Shown here: positions 25,424 through 38,335 of the stretch, piece after piece
Position numbering within the stretch: position 1 is the first letter of the stretch
Layout of the letters: each line of letters starts with the position of its first letter
Origin: Fistulifera solaris
Taxonomy: Eukaryota
Reading direction: 5' to 3'
DNA length: 64,000 bases
Assembly (NCBI GenBank): GCA_030295235.1
Contig: AP026153.1
Span: 186,001 to 250,000 of the forward strand
Made by a program: the position numbers and the translations under genes
Notes under the pieces: generated by a model
What the model was told of the DNA's origin: nothing
Databases searched by the model: none
The model's input: the letters and a program-made list of their open reading frames with translations, nothing else

Positions 25424-25885
25424 TTTCTGCTGCGACTATCTAATTATTTTAGGCTTTTCGGTGACCGTGAAAGGCGTAGGAACATCATTATGAAGACATC
25501 TCATGGTCACACGAAAGCAGGCGAGAGACGAAGCGGAAAAGCAAATAATATCATCAAAATTCATTCGAATGGTGGGGAATCGATCGGACACGATGGTGAC
25601 ATGTTCAGTTTGTGTTATACAAATTTTACTTATTGAAAGGAACGTTTTGGGTACCGGGTCTCGCTCGCGGCATCGCGGCGAAAACGAATTCGTGACTTAC
25701 CATTCCCGACGAACGAAGCAGAACTTTTTTTGTTAATGATTTTCTCGTTATTATTGATGTCATCTCTTTCTCATCGGTGCTGAGATAACCTATACAGCAA
25801 TAGTGCTTATTAAATAAACATCTTTTTCTCGTGGTAGCTCTGGATTAGGCGGCCGGAAAGAGTCAAAGAAGAAAGAACCAGAAAA

Positions 25886-27263
25886 ATGAGAACGACGAGT
25901 CGTCATCATTCGTTTATTGCGTCGACGGCTCTTCTCTTGTTCGGTACCATCCTCCACCAAATACATGCCTTTGTTCCTTCTCTCCGCCCGTCCCATTCCG
26001 TTTACAGACTGTACGCCATTCAAAATGACGACGAGGAACAGCGTTATCAAGCCGCTCTCGCGCACAACAAGATACGCACCGACGTGAAAAACTTTTTGAC
26101 GCAACGGGCGATTCAATCCTTTATTTTTCTCTTGGTGCAGTGTCGGGATCCACATACAGTACGATGGTTGGAAGTAAGTTGCGTTTCGTTGTTATAGAAA
26201 TGATATGAATAACACCAGTGCGTCTCATTCTTGTTGTTGGGGGCAGAATACGTACGAATTCCGCAATATGGAAAGTTATCACGGCACCGGAGCTTTTAAT
26301 TTAACGAAATGGAAAACGTGGGATAGTATTTTGGATGATATGTTACATCAACCGAAGGATTGTGTCATTGTGCAAGCCAAACGCCGAGGGAGAGGACACG
26401 GTGGATGGTCCGCCAACAATCCCTACTTGGAAGAGGTAAGAGAGATATAGTGACTCTTCGTATTTGTCGTTGCATTCAACTCAAGCTCTTTTGTTCAGCG
26501 CTTTGTCGAATTTCGAATCGACATTGATCCGGTGTCTTTGGCGTCGCGGATCCTTTCGGTACGCGAACAAATTGCCCGCGAATGGAGGGAAGATTTGGTG
26601 ACGTTGCGGACCGCCAACGATCAGATTTTGGATTCCTATTACGACATGGGTCGCGCCGCACGGGAGGATGAATCATCCTCGTTGCAGGAAGAAACGAATG
26701 TGGAACAGCTGGTGACGCCGGGTGTCGATGAGAAGCAACGTCGTGTCTTTGATCGCAATGCTATGCTCATGCTCACCAGCACCATGATATTCAAAGCGTT
26801 TGCTTCGTCACCGCAACGACAAGGGAATTTCGACCTATTGTATTTACTCTTGACACAAGAAAGTTTGCACCGCGTTTTGCGAGAATATCGGAAATCCGGG
26901 GATGAACGGGAAGTTTCGTACGAATGGTTGAAAGAGTTTTACCTGTCCCGGGTGAGTTCGTTCTTCGATGGTCATCAAGACTACGGCCGAGCGGACGACT
27001 TTTTGGAGGAACTGCTCATGGCACCACCGTCCACGAAAGAATTGTCGTCGTCGCGGATTGGTTTCATTGATCCACTGCGCATCGCCGAAGATATTATTAC
27101 GATGCGTTCCGTGGTGGCGGAGGAATGGCAAACCGAAATTGCCAGTGTCCCCGAGGATCACATGGGTTTGCGAAAGAAGCTCTTGTCCAAGCAAATGGGA
27201 TCCTCGTTGGTGGAACAGGAAACCAAGTCGTCTTTGGAGGACGAGGATGGTGTTTTCCAGTAG
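25886..27263 (+). CDS. Probable plastid-targeted protein of unknown function; 3 exons
   Basis: Signal peptide plus HAFVP; GT-AG introns at about 26173-26246 and 26436-26498 join the three ORFs. Confidence 0.75.
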
Positions 27264-27758
27264 ACGACGCCTGAAGTTCATCAAATACTGAAATTTTCTT
27301 TTAGCTATCAACTACGTAATTATTTGCTATTTTAAATCGTCGTCTAGCTCAAATTGTTCTCATATACAACTTTGTAATAGCAATCGTTGCTGGTAAGGAC
27401 GTAAATACTAGTAGACAATCAGGTAAGGTTTTTTACAGCCATTTTCGATGCGGTGACCACCCTAGTCCGTTCGTACGTCGATCGTATCCAGGTGGAACTT
27501 GAAGCTGCCACGTCATCCTGTAATGTCTCACCACGATTGACGCTCCGCCGCAGAAACACACGGCAAAAAGTCGCATCGTCGCCAGCGATGATCGAATGAA
27601 ATAAGAAAAGAAAGAGATCGATGATCGGTGGAAACTAGAATTGTTGTTAAAATTCATTCACTTGCTACATTCTTCTTTGAAAGACCTGCGTAAGCATTTA
27701 AGCGAAAGATCCAGCAGGCTTAAGTAGTTTGCCTTACAGAATTGCACAGGAGAGCATT

Positions 27759-30700
27759 ATGAGGCTGTCTTACTCCGTTCTCAACGTGCTAATTGCGGCG
27801 ACTTGTCTCGTCTCCGTGGTCGATTCGTTTACTACCCCTTCACTAGTAGTAAGGAAGGATGTCAGACACTCTAAGATTGTATTACAGGAAGGATCCGATT
27901 CCGGTTTTTCCTTGGGAAATTTGTTCGGGTCCGCCGCCAGCGCTACGGCACCCTCCTTACGAGGAACCTTGGAGAGCCATCCTTCCGTCCGCCCTCATAT
28001 CTCTCCTCTCAACTTGTTATTACCCGAAGAGCGAAAACGACGAGAATCCTTACCTTCCGATGCCAGCAATATGCCATTGCCGTTTCATCCGGATGTGAAA
28101 AGTGGTGTTTTGTCGAATGGATTGCCGTACGTGATCTTACCCAATCGTTCACCGCCCGGTCGTTTTGAAGCCCATTTGCAAGTATTTTCGGGATCTGCCG
28201 ACGAATTAGAACCACAACAGGGCATTGCGCATTTGACCGAACATGTGGCTTACATGGGAAGCCGCAAACGAGAACGTTTGTTTGGAACAGGGTCCCAAAC
28301 GAACGCGTACACGGACTTTCATCACACAGTCTTTTATGCGGCCTGTCCGGTGCAAACACCGCGGGGTGGTGTGCCCATGCTGCCCATGGCACTGGATGCG
28401 TTAGTGGATGTTATGGAAGCTCGGGTTGAGCCAGGACGTTTGGAAAAGGAGCGCGCGGCGGTTTTGTCCGAAATGACCATGGTCAACACCATTGAATATC
28501 GTGTCGAATGTCAAATTCTATCTACACTTCATCGTGAGAATCGCTTGGCGAAACGTTTTCCGATTGGGAAAGAAGCTCTCATTCGTAATTGGAAACCCAA
28601 CGATGTCCGTACGTGGCATCGTACGCATTATCGTCCCGACAATGTGTTGCTGTATCTGGTGGGAGATGTGGACCCGAAGGAAGCGGAGAAAGTGATTGCG
28701 GAGAAGTTTGGACACATTTCGGCCGATCAGCAAGCGACCGATATTAAGCCGTTTGAACTAAAACAGGCAGCGAGTGATTTGGCGGATGCGGTGGTGGCGG
28801 GGACGGTCAAGTCGCAACAATCGTGGCACTATCCCCCGGTTCGTCATGATTGGTCGATCTTGGCGGATCACAAAGTGGACGATATGCCAGTCAAGCCTCT
28901 TGATTATGATATTCACTTACAGGATCCCTATCCGTTGGATGACAAAGTTGATCTTTTGGAGACACGCGAAGTTGCGCCCGGTAAAGAAATTCGTCCCCAC
29001 ATTTTCCGTCACGAGCTGCTGCAAGCCTTTTCGCTTCATTTGTTCGCCAAGCGACCAGTGGAGCCTATCGTTGACTTGAAATCCTTTCAACGTAGTTTAG
29101 CGCGTCGTGTAGCTCTCGCTGCCCTGCAAATCCGTTTGAACGTTGGTGGAAGAAGCGACGATCCGGCCTTTACCTTTGTGGAATTCAATCAACTCGATTC
29201 TGCCCGAGAAGGCTGTGCTGTATGCAGTCTCGATTTGACTGCCGAACCTCATCGCTGGAGAGATGCTATTTGCAAATCTGTTTCCGAAATCCGCAAACTT
29301 GGTCTTTACGGTGTGACTCCTGGTGAGATGGAGCGTTACGCATCATCGCTCATGACAGACGCGGAGCAGCTCGCCGCCCAGGGAGATCGAATTAGCAATG
29401 GAGACCAGCTTTCCTATCTCATGGAAACGGTTGCGAATGGCCACACTTTCATGTCTCCCATGCAGTCATACCAAATGACAGCACGTGCTCTATCCACTAT
29501 GACAGTTGAGCAAGTGAATGCGGCAGCTGCTGAGCTTTGCTCGCATATCACCAGCATGCACAAAGATGCTGATCCCATGAAGGGACCCGCAATTGTAATT
29601 GCATGTACTCCCAAAGGAATCCCAGAGGACGATCCTGCATATTGTGACGAGAAGAGCTTGGTCGAGACGGTGTACGAAGCTTGCCAAATCGAAGTAGAAC
29701 CGGAAGAAGATGTTGTTGTTCCGCACACCCTTATCCCCGAAGATGAATTAGTTCAAGCTTTGCAAAATCATCCTCCCGAGTGGTCTGGTGGCAAGTTCAC
29801 GGACGGAACACCCAGTACTGCTCCAGATACGTTGACTCGTCCATTCACATTAAGACGTCTTAGCAACGGAATTCGCGTTGGTGTCGCTCAAAACCAAGCC
29901 GAGTCACAGCGTGGTCACCTGCGTCTTGTAGCTCCCGGAGGAAGGGATGCAGAAAAAAGACTTGGTTTCAAGAGGGGGACTATGTCGGTGGGTGCCCGTA
30001 CCATGCAAGAGGGTGGAGCCTTCGGTCCTTGGACAAGGCAACAAGTCGAGCTCTTTTGCGTCGACCACTTGCTGATGGTTGAAATTAATTGCAACGAGGA
30101 ATCTTTGACTTTTGATTTCGTTTTTCCGACCACGAATGTTGGAAACGTGGGCTTTGGCGACGAAGTACAGCTTGGTATTACGGGGACGGAGTCAGTGATG
30201 CAAATTGTGCGTGAAATCATTGTTGGTTTCAAATGGGAAGCAGATGCATTGGGCCGCAGTAAACAAAGTTTCCGTAGTCAACATGAAAGCTTACAGAAGA
30301 ATTTGGAAGGCCTTAGCACGGAGAAAGTTACGGAGGCTTTGACCGGGATGGACGGTCGGTTTTTGTCCATCGATGTTGATTCCGTGAATAGCATTTCTCT
30401 CGAAGAAGCTCAAGCCGCTGTCATGTCACAACTGCAGCCTTCTAATCTTGAAATTTCCACTTCTGGAGATTTTGACGTTGCCGAGGTCCTGGAACTAATT
30501 TACAAATACATTGGAACAATTCCTGCAGACGCGAACGCCCAATTCAAGAAGGATGTGCAGAATGAACCGAAGTGGACGGCCCGCGTTCCTCTTCCGGAAG
30601 TTCCTGGGAGACACATTGAACTAGAGCTCCCCGATTCGGATCCCCGAGCAGTCGCGTACGTTGCCGGAGCCGCGCCCAATGCCTGGGGCTTTTTGGCGGA

Positions 30701-31347
30701 CGGAACAACTGTCGCGGAGCGTGTCCTTGCAACCGACAAGCGCGCGTCCGACTTTGACAAGCGCCGCCGTTCACATCCTCTTTTGCGAGTGCCGCCTTGA
30801 TGCTGGTTTCCGAAATAACCAATCGAAGACTTTTCTCAACCGTTCGCGAGAGGAAGCAGTTGACGTACGATGCCAACTTTTCCTTTTCGGGTTTTGAGCG
30901 TTTACTGGGCGGTTGGTTCCTCGTTACTGTGACAGCATCCAAAGAGAAAGCCCAGTTAGCATTAGAGGCCTGCAAAGAAACACTTCATGCTTTGCGTAAA
31001 TCAAGCCCAATTACGATTGACAATGTGGAATCAGCGAAACGAGTGGTTCTGAATCGCCACGAAGCCGAGCTGAGAACTACGGCTTACTGGACCCAATTAA
31101 TGTCGGGTATTCAACAAGAGTCCATTCCCTTGAAAGGTCCACTCTCCGTCACTGACTTTCACGCGGTCGTAGAGTCTCTTACAACTCGTGATCTTCAGTT
31201 GACCCTCGAATGCTTGTCATTAGACGAAGACAAATTGTACACTGCTATTGGAAAACGGTACTGCCCGAAGGCTCGGAAGTACCCGAAGAGCAACGCTCGC
31301 GCGCTCCCGTCATCGGAATGCGACGCGGAGGTGCACTGACCGGATAA
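27759..31347 (+). CDS. SPP: Stromal processing peptidase (M16 zinc metallopeptidase)
   Basis: Bipartite presequence; HLTEH zinc motif; NAYTDFHHTVF; LEKERAAVLSE; RLFSTVRE. Single-base deletions near 30783 and 31253. Confidence 0.93.
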
Positions 31348-31484
31348 ATCGAATTCTAGCATGGATGTAGCTAACTTGAGAAACTAGTACATTGAGTATA
31401 TTTCAAGGACACGTAATCACTAATTACTCATGCTCGTGGAGCTGGAAGATGCTATGGCTATGTATACCCTAATCTTACTCGACC

Positions 31485-32139
31485 TTAAATGAACATGAGA
31501 GCACCGCTGATGGCCGCCGAGGCTCCAAACAGATAATACGAAGACTGTTGCACGGCTTGATTTTCCAACATTTCTGGTTTCGCGTCCCACATGAAATGAC
31601 GAATCGCCGCAAAGTAATGATACACAATGGGAAAACTCACGGTGAACTTGGCCGCCGCCGCCACGACGAAACCTTGACTGCCGATGGTTTGCATCAAACT
31701 CAGCGAAGTTCCGGTTCCTCCGACCAATTCCACCAATCCCAATCCAGCGCATCCCACCGACAAGGCACAACCCGTCACTCGATTCGTGATGGATGACAAA
31801 GCTACGGTGGGAAAGGCGTAGACGGTGACATGGGGACTCACGGGCCGTCCCGTTTCTTTCATGCGTTTCGAGTAGTTCTTAAAAAGTGAAATAATAAAGA
31901 AAAAGTCCTATTTGTGAGTCTCCGCGACTTGAAACTTTCGTCTTTGACTCGCGTCAACAATGAGAAGCCATCGATTACATCGTCATAGCATCATGTATAC
32001 GTACCAGCTGTTTATACTCTTCACCGCTCTGTTTCGAGAGAACTGTCATGGAGCGCATCATTTGGGATCGCAATACATTATTGTTTTGGGTGAATTTTTG
32101 AAGCATCTTACACGACGAGGTAGCAGTCAATGCATTCAT
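31485..32139 (-). CDS. SDH3: Succinate dehydrogenase cytochrome b560 subunit; intron 31879-32004
   Basis: Mitochondrial presequence; RPVSPHVTVY, SSITNRVTG, YHYFAAIRHFMWD. Confidence 0.95.
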
Positions 32140-32735
32140 GATGATTGTTTTTTTCGATAATGGATGTAACAAAAGCAGTCAATAATCAACCCGTTCCTGT
32201 TGTTGCTGTTAATGATGCGGCGTTTTGCCAAAAAAAAAGTATTCTTCGCATTTTCGCGTCATGGCGCGTGTGTCGGCGATAAAGAAGGAGAAGAAGGTTC
32301 GGGTCATCACAAAGATCCAGTTCAGAATGGAGCGGCGGCCGGACAGACTCTTAGTACGTGAAATGCACGTACCTCCAGGCACCGCATCACTTACTGCATC
32401 TTGCACAGTCACGTCAACATGACGTCGTGCCGGTCCGTCACGGTGCGGTCTTTTGCTGCGGCAACGCGAACGCAGCAACAATAACGCAACAAGCAACTTT
32501 TGCAATAAAATAACAAATAACTTGTTTGTTATTGGAAAGGTAAGAAGGTTCTTTCTTTTATGCTTACAAATTGCAATATTCTTTTCAAATGACGGATGAT
32601 TGGAAGTGAAAGCGGTGGATCGAGATTACACAATCGGAATGGAGTTTGTCGGCGCAGTTGGCGCAGTTGGGAGAGAGGTGCCAAATGCGAAGGATTGGAA
32701 TATCTCACACTATTTTTTCCTTTCTCAGTTCTACC

Positions 32736-32966
32736 ATGACATTGGTCAACAAAAATCCCTTCCTCTTTGGACCGGGTCCGGTCAAACGAATCCCCCAGGG
32801 TGCCTTTACGCAGTACGGCCGTATGCCTCCCTTGCAGGGATTCAGTTTGGCGGCCGCGCAAGGGGTTGCCTTGGCCTTGACGGTCAGTTTTGCGTACAAA
32901 ACCTTCTTTGGTGATCCGCAAGTGAAACAGATTGAAAATTATTACAGAGAAAATCCTCCGCGTTAA
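32736..32966 (+). CDS. 76-aa single-TM protein, possibly cytochrome c oxidase subunit 6C/Cox9-like
   Basis: TM followed by AYKTFFGDPQVKQIENYYREN, resembling the COX6C pattern. Apparent 5'-UTR intron 32540-32728 (GTAAG...TTTCTCAG). Confidence 0.6.
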   Translation: MTLVNKNPFLFGPGPVKRIPQGAFTQYGRMPPLQGFSLAAAQGVALALTVSFAYKTFFGDPQVKQIENYYRENPPR

Positions 32967-33432
32967 ATCATGTTATGTTGTCGTCGTGTTTGACACGAAA
33001 AGTAGACTTAACTCATATCATTATAACGGAGTAAAAATTGACGCGAGTCCTCTTCTATGTTCAGATGTAGCTTGAATAGCTATTTGCCTCGTAATTAGAT
33101 GTTTACTGGTTCGTAGATCTTATTCCTTGGTAGATTAAAAACGTAATGCGCTTCTCCACTACATAGTAACGACAGCCGATATATAGCTGAACGCTCATAA
33201 TGCACTTCTCGTCGCTCCGCGTCTCGCAGCTACATTATTTGGATATAACCTCATCATCTGCATTTGCGATTTGCGATAAAGACGATGCTTATACTTGTAG
33301 CGTTTTACATACCTGCTAGTGTTTTTTTTTTATTATTTGTCGTCTTCAATCCTACAAACCCTGCTTTATTCAACACTTCAACAAATCTTACAGCTCATAC
33401 TAAAAGCACGTATAATTAGCACAACAGAGAAA

Positions 33433-34020
33433 ATGTCGAAATCACCACCGAAACTGGTGGGTTTGGGGATTATTGGAAAGAACAATGCTCCTCTTTACAT
33501 GTGCGATTGTGTCGCACTCGTCGATGATTCATCCACGTCATCCCAGCCAGAGGGTGATTTCTACGGATTTTCCCAAACTTCATCGGTGTCGTCGCAAAAT
33601 CAAAGCCTGTCCGTACAGCATCAACTATTGATGCACGCTGCCTTGGATCAAGTCGATGATTTGATTGAAACCGTTCACGGGGAAGTGAACAGTCCTTTTT
33701 CGGGCATACCCGTACACAAAAAGTCCGACCCTGCTTTAGGTCCACATTATTTAGGCATTTTACTTGATTTGGGAGAATTTCAAGTACATGGTTATATTAC
33801 GGCTACGAATATTAAAATGATGGCCCTGACCAAAGGAGCGAAACAAGGCGATGCGGTCCGTTCGTTACTGGAAACCATTCATTCCATATGGATTGCTTAC
33901 ACAATGAATCCATTCCAACCTGTACGTGAGTTGGTGACGATCGAGTCAACGACATTTGATCAGAACATTCAGCGGGCGGTCCGAACGTATGCAAATGTAT
34001 CAACGACGATTGCCGAGTAA
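33433..34020 (+). CDS. Sedlin family TRAPP subunit (TRAPPC2L-like)
   Basis: LGIIGKNNAPLY, HAALDQV, YLGIL, VHGYITATNIK, MNPF. Confidence 0.9.
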   Translation: MSKSPPKLVGLGIIGKNNAPLYMCDCVALVDDSSTSSQPEGDFYGFSQTSSVSSQNQSLSVQHQLLMHAALDQVDDLIETVHGEVNSPFSGIPVHKKSDPALGPHYLGILLDLGEFQVHGYITATNIKMMALTKGAKQGDAVRSLLETIHSIWIAYTMNPFQPVRELVTIESTTFDQNIQRAVRTYANVSTTIAE

Positions 34021-34120
34021 TCGAATAAATCACTCTGAGTGTATCCTTTTGCTTTCGTCTTCGAATTCATGTTTTCTAGCTTGTTGTTGTCGGCAGCTTG
34101 TTGCCTAAGTGCTTCGTGTT

Positions 34121-34744
34121 CTAGTAGAAGAACCGCGAGACGATCTCGGCTAGTATCCCTCCTGCCAGTAACGCATACAACCAAAAGGCAATCTGACCAG
34201 TCACAAAAGAAAGGTCGGCATTACCTACTTGAGTGGAAGGTATCAGTATACCCTCATTGTTGTCCGGACTTCGGATTAATTTGGTATTCGTCCCGTCTAA
34301 TTTGGGACAGTTGGTGCGTTCGGATACCAACAGTAAATGCGTACCGAATTCGGTATCAATCGGACCTTCCACAACACCCAAACGCACTTCAAAGCAAGCT
34401 TTATCCAACTGAGCCGATCGGCAATAACCTTGTGGTACCAGTTCACCAATCAATCCGCCCCGGAAGTTGGTCGTTTCGTCGCGGCTGTAACGTTGTGCGG
34501 CTTCCTCAAAGGCATCGACGATGTATTGATCACTGTTGCGGATCTTTTGCTTCAGAATGAGACAAAGTTCGTCACTGTTGGGTGGCAACAGAATATGACG
34601 TGCCGTCACACGACGTGTGAGTGCCAAATAGTCGCGTTGAATGCGTTGCAGGGGTTGGAAGATGAGGGCGGTTGTGCTGAAGAGTAAAGACGACCAAAGC
34701 GTGCAAAGGAACAGCCACGAATGGGCGAACTGTGGCTTTTTCAT
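34121..34744 (-). CDS. Parvulin/PpiC-type peptidyl-prolyl isomerase with presequence and C-terminal TM
   Basis: ARHILL, FEEAAQRYS, GGLIG, GPIDTEFGTHLL. Confidence 0.9.
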   Translation of the reverse strand: MKKPQFAHSWLFLCTLWSSLLFSTTALIFQPLQRIQRDYLALTRRVTARHILLPPNSDELCLILKQKIRNSDQYIVDAFEEAAQRYSRDETTNFRGGLIGELVPQGYCRSAQLDKACFEVRLGVVEGPIDTEFGTHLLLVSERTNCPKLDGTNTKLIRSPDNNEGILIPSTQVGNADLSFVTGQIAFWLYALLAGGILAEIVSRFFY

Positions 34745-35153
34745 GGCGAAAGGTGAAAACTTTGATGATAAAAGGATCAAATATGTTAGCAGTTAGGCAA
34801 CAGCCAGCTTGTTAGGTCGTTGTATGTTGTATGCATTTATAGTTGTTATACTAGACAAACGAGTGTTGCCTTTGATTACGTCTTTTGTTGTTCTTTCCGC
34901 TCATCTGACTTTGTTTTCCTCGAGAGTTCGCACAGTAGCGTTAGAGGTAACATCTACTCTTAAGGATCAATCATGAGTCAACATAAATATTGAGCGAAAT
35001 CTAGCTCTAGAAGTAGCTACAAGTAGTCGAGTTGTAACTGCAACATGATCAGAACAAAAAAACTAATTTCAATCAAATTAAAAATTCTAACGTCTAGCGT
35101 AACATGTCATCTACCGACTTCGAAGGAAACCGCGACGAAACTCGACAGCACAA

Positions 35154-35924
35154 TTAGTAGAAAAGACTGCTCAGCAAGGTCAAGGTCAACATTCCCATGC
35201 CAACAGATGCAACACCCGAGCCTTCAGATTCCGTACAATTCGGGGGAAGAAAAGATCCGTAGTCCACTCGACTGACGCTCTCACATGAATTGACTGACAG
35301 ATCTTGAATTTGTTGCCAAAGCGGCTGGCACACGTCGAGGGATGTATCATTGGTTGTCGCACCACAAAGTGCTTCCCGCACCGCCGCCTGTTCTTGAATG
35401 AGTGATGCTTTCTGTGCCACATGTAGTTGCGAACACACACGACCGAGTTCTTCGGGATTCAAGACAAAGAATATACCAAATTCATTCCAGCACAAATCGT
35501 CCGATACCGAGCAGTTCACAATCTGTCCCTGCGCACCGGGGACCGTCGGATTCAATTCCAAAGTCTCGTTATGAAAGAACTCAGGGTACATGCTCCGGAC
35601 CGATTGTGCCGCCGAGCTATTGTCGTTGCGAACAAATAATGTGAGCAATGTATTGGACGCGTCATTCTCATTGGCATACGGACAAATCCCCCACATGCGA
35701 TCTTTGGGAACAGCAGCTTGTGAAATGTTTAGAGCTTGTAAGCAGGTTTCGTTGGCTCGATACCATGCTTGCAGAGTAGTGTCTTGGTAAACACTGTAGA
35801 CAGAGCAGTCTTCGTCTTCTCGTAGCGGCGCCGTGTTGAACAGACAGGCTTCACACTTTGGCTCAGCAGTGGTTCTGGCTGCCCATGAAAGAACGATAAG
35901 AAGGATCTTTACGTACGATATCAT
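35154..35924 (-). CDS. Secreted Cys-rich glycoprotein, probable GPI anchor
   Basis: Signal peptide, many Cys, N-glycosylation sequons, and a hydrophobic C-terminus after SEGSG. Confidence 0.7.
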   Translation of the reverse strand: MISYVKILLIVLSWAARTTAEPKCEACLFNTAPLREDEDCSVYSVYQDTTLQAWYRANETCLQALNISQAAVPKDRMWGICPYANENDASNTLLTLFVRNDNSSAAQSVRSMYPEFFHNETLELNPTVPGAQGQIVNCSVSDDLCWNEFGIFFVLNPEELGRVCSQLHVAQKASLIQEQAAVREALCGATTNDTSLDVCQPLWQQIQDLSVNSCESVSRVDYGSFLPPNCTESEGSGVASVGMGMLTLTLLSSLFY

Positions 35925-36405
35925 GGTACGGAACGGGCTTTAGATTTAGAAAGGCTTTCTATCTTCGTTTGCTCACGGGTTGTGGATCTTTCATTGACTT
36001 TTATGTCAACATTCACCGTCGATAAAATGAAGAAAATGTCTTGGCTTTCGTTTTTTAAAATCGACGAGCCGGTTTTCAGTACACCTTGAAGTATCTATTA
36101 TGAAGGTTGAAGTAGTTATGTCCCTTTGCAATGTCCCAAAAAAGGTATAACCGGTACTGATTTGTTAATTATGAAACAATATGAGGGGCGTCCGGTACCG
36201 AAGCAAGACCAGTACCAGTATCCTTAGTGACGCCCAGCATTCACGAGTTCTCCATTTGCATTCACACCGAATGCGACGATATAATGCGACGAGTGTATCA
36301 GTTATTGCTTCATTTAAAACAACAAAACAAAGCAATTCATTACGATTCTCCCATATTCGTCATCTTTAATCGTTCAAAATCCTTGATCGACGAATCCTTC
36401 ATAAC

Positions 36406-36929
36406 ATGGCGAGCTCCCCACCAATTTACACGGCGCCTACCGATTTTGGTTTCGATTCCAATGACACGAACCCGAGTACATTCCGTTTCAGCAAGGCGGA
36501 AGTCGAAGACCTCCGCTTTTCGTTTCGCTTGTTGGATGTCTCGAAATCAGGAAAAGTCGCTCGGACGGATTTAATTAGCCTACTATCGGAACTATCCTTG
36601 GCGGAAGAACAACCTTCCAGTAATGTGCATCGCCTGTTGAACGCCGCCCAAGCATCGACGGCCGAGTCCTTGACGGAAGAGGATTTCATCGACTTGGTCT
36701 TGTCGGCCTCTTCCAGGGACGAACGATCGGAAATTGAAAAAGTCTTTGACATGTTTAGTAACGGTAAGGAATACATTACGTTGGAAGACCTGGCCAGAGT
36801 CGCCGACGATTTAGGGAAATCATGAGTGAAGAGGAATTGCGCGAAATGTTGACGCGTGCGGCGCCCGATAGTGGAAAAGTGACATTACAAGAATTTACGG
36901 AAGTGATGAATCGAAAGTTGTTTCGGTGA
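36406..36929 (+). CDS. EF-hand protein, centrin/caltractin-like (divergent)
   Basis: FRLLDVSKSGKV, EIEKVFDMF, ITLEDLARVADDLG; continues MSEEELREML after an indel near 36818. Confidence 0.85.
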
Positions 36930-37082
36930 ATAGAGCGGGGTCTGGCTTCGGCATCTTTTCCTAAGTTGTGAAGTGAATCGTAGCAGTGTGTTCCTCTTAT
37001 ATCAATTCCATCAACCTACTGAAATTTATTAGAATCACATCAAAAAAACAGTTTGCAATAATATATTATTCGCGCTGCGATT

Positions 37083-37849
37083 TTAGTACGTTTCCAAAAG
37101 ATGTTGCACGACAGCACGGGGCGCATAAACAAACATGGTCGCCGGGTACACGGCCGATCCCCATAGCGGGTGTTCTAAGATCTTGCAAAAACCGGCACTG
37201 TACGATCGGTAACCCAAACAGCATTCCATACCATCCACTTCCGAGTAGACTTTGTTGCAATTCAAAGTAAGCATCGGAAGGCCACTGCAGGGATCAATAA
37301 AGTCTGTAGAAGGAAGAAAAATAAGCGCTTTTCTCTATACACACACACAAACTCAAAATCCGTAAGACAAAAGACACACCTGCCCAATAACCAGCCTGTT
37401 GCAATTTGCGACAGAAATCGTTGGCAAATTCCATAAAGACATTCAAACACCGATCCTTTTCTTGTTCAATCTTGTCACCAATCGCGACTAAATCTTCTAC
37501 GGCATGTTGATTGGTCGGAATGGCGAGAAATTCACACGCTTCATCCACCGCAGGTAACTTCAGATTTTCTTCCGGAAAGACATGATGAAATTCACGAAGG
37601 AGTGGCTATATGAAAAGAAGAAGAGAGAAAAGATCAGATGAACCGACAGGAAGAATCCAGTAAAAGTGCGTACACTTGTATTCCATTGACATCTCTCGCG
37701 CCCACTGCAAGCAGAAAGTGACTTACTTTGGGCAATGTGTGCATCGATATTTCCAGTGGACTGGTCGACGGAGCCAACTGGAGGGAATATGGTCCCCATA
37801 GTGTGGACGACGTTTGACCGTATTCGGCGCGCGTCTTGCTCGTACCCAT
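37083..37849 (-). CDS. MMADHC: Cobalamin trafficking protein CblD (MMADHC-like); 2 introns
   Basis: EQEKDRCLNVF, spliced GYWADFIDPCSG, GFCKILEHPLWGSAVYPATMF. The 3' end is approximate because of a possible indel. Confidence 0.85.
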
Positions 37850-38335
37850 CGCGAAAGAAGAAACAAATATCTCTTCTCCAAAAATAACAACACAAGGAAA
37901 ATAGTAGGGTTGCTCGAATATGTCAATTCACAACTCCGTTTAATATTGACGATATCTCGTTTGACATCTCTCGCCATCATCGTCATCACTTTTTTTATTT
38001 CTTCGTCGGCAGGTTTGAATTCAGTCGTGGAAGATCGGGACTCCTCCTCCTCGAATAATCGGCGAGACGCGCTCCGACAACAATGATCATCGCAACGGTA
38101 ACGGATGTCTTGGTGTCAAAAAACTTGAAGAAGAAAACGACGACGATAATGAAAAACACTAAAAGAGTTCTGATCTCTTGCATGTCATCCCTGACAAGCA
38201 AGACCATTTCTGTGTTCTGTGGTGAAGGCCATTTTCTTGCTTCATTGCCTCTTGAATCAATTTGATTGCAGCATCTTCTCAAAGTGGAACCGTTTGACGC
38301 TTTAGAACTAAGAATTACGCACAGACTACTACTAT

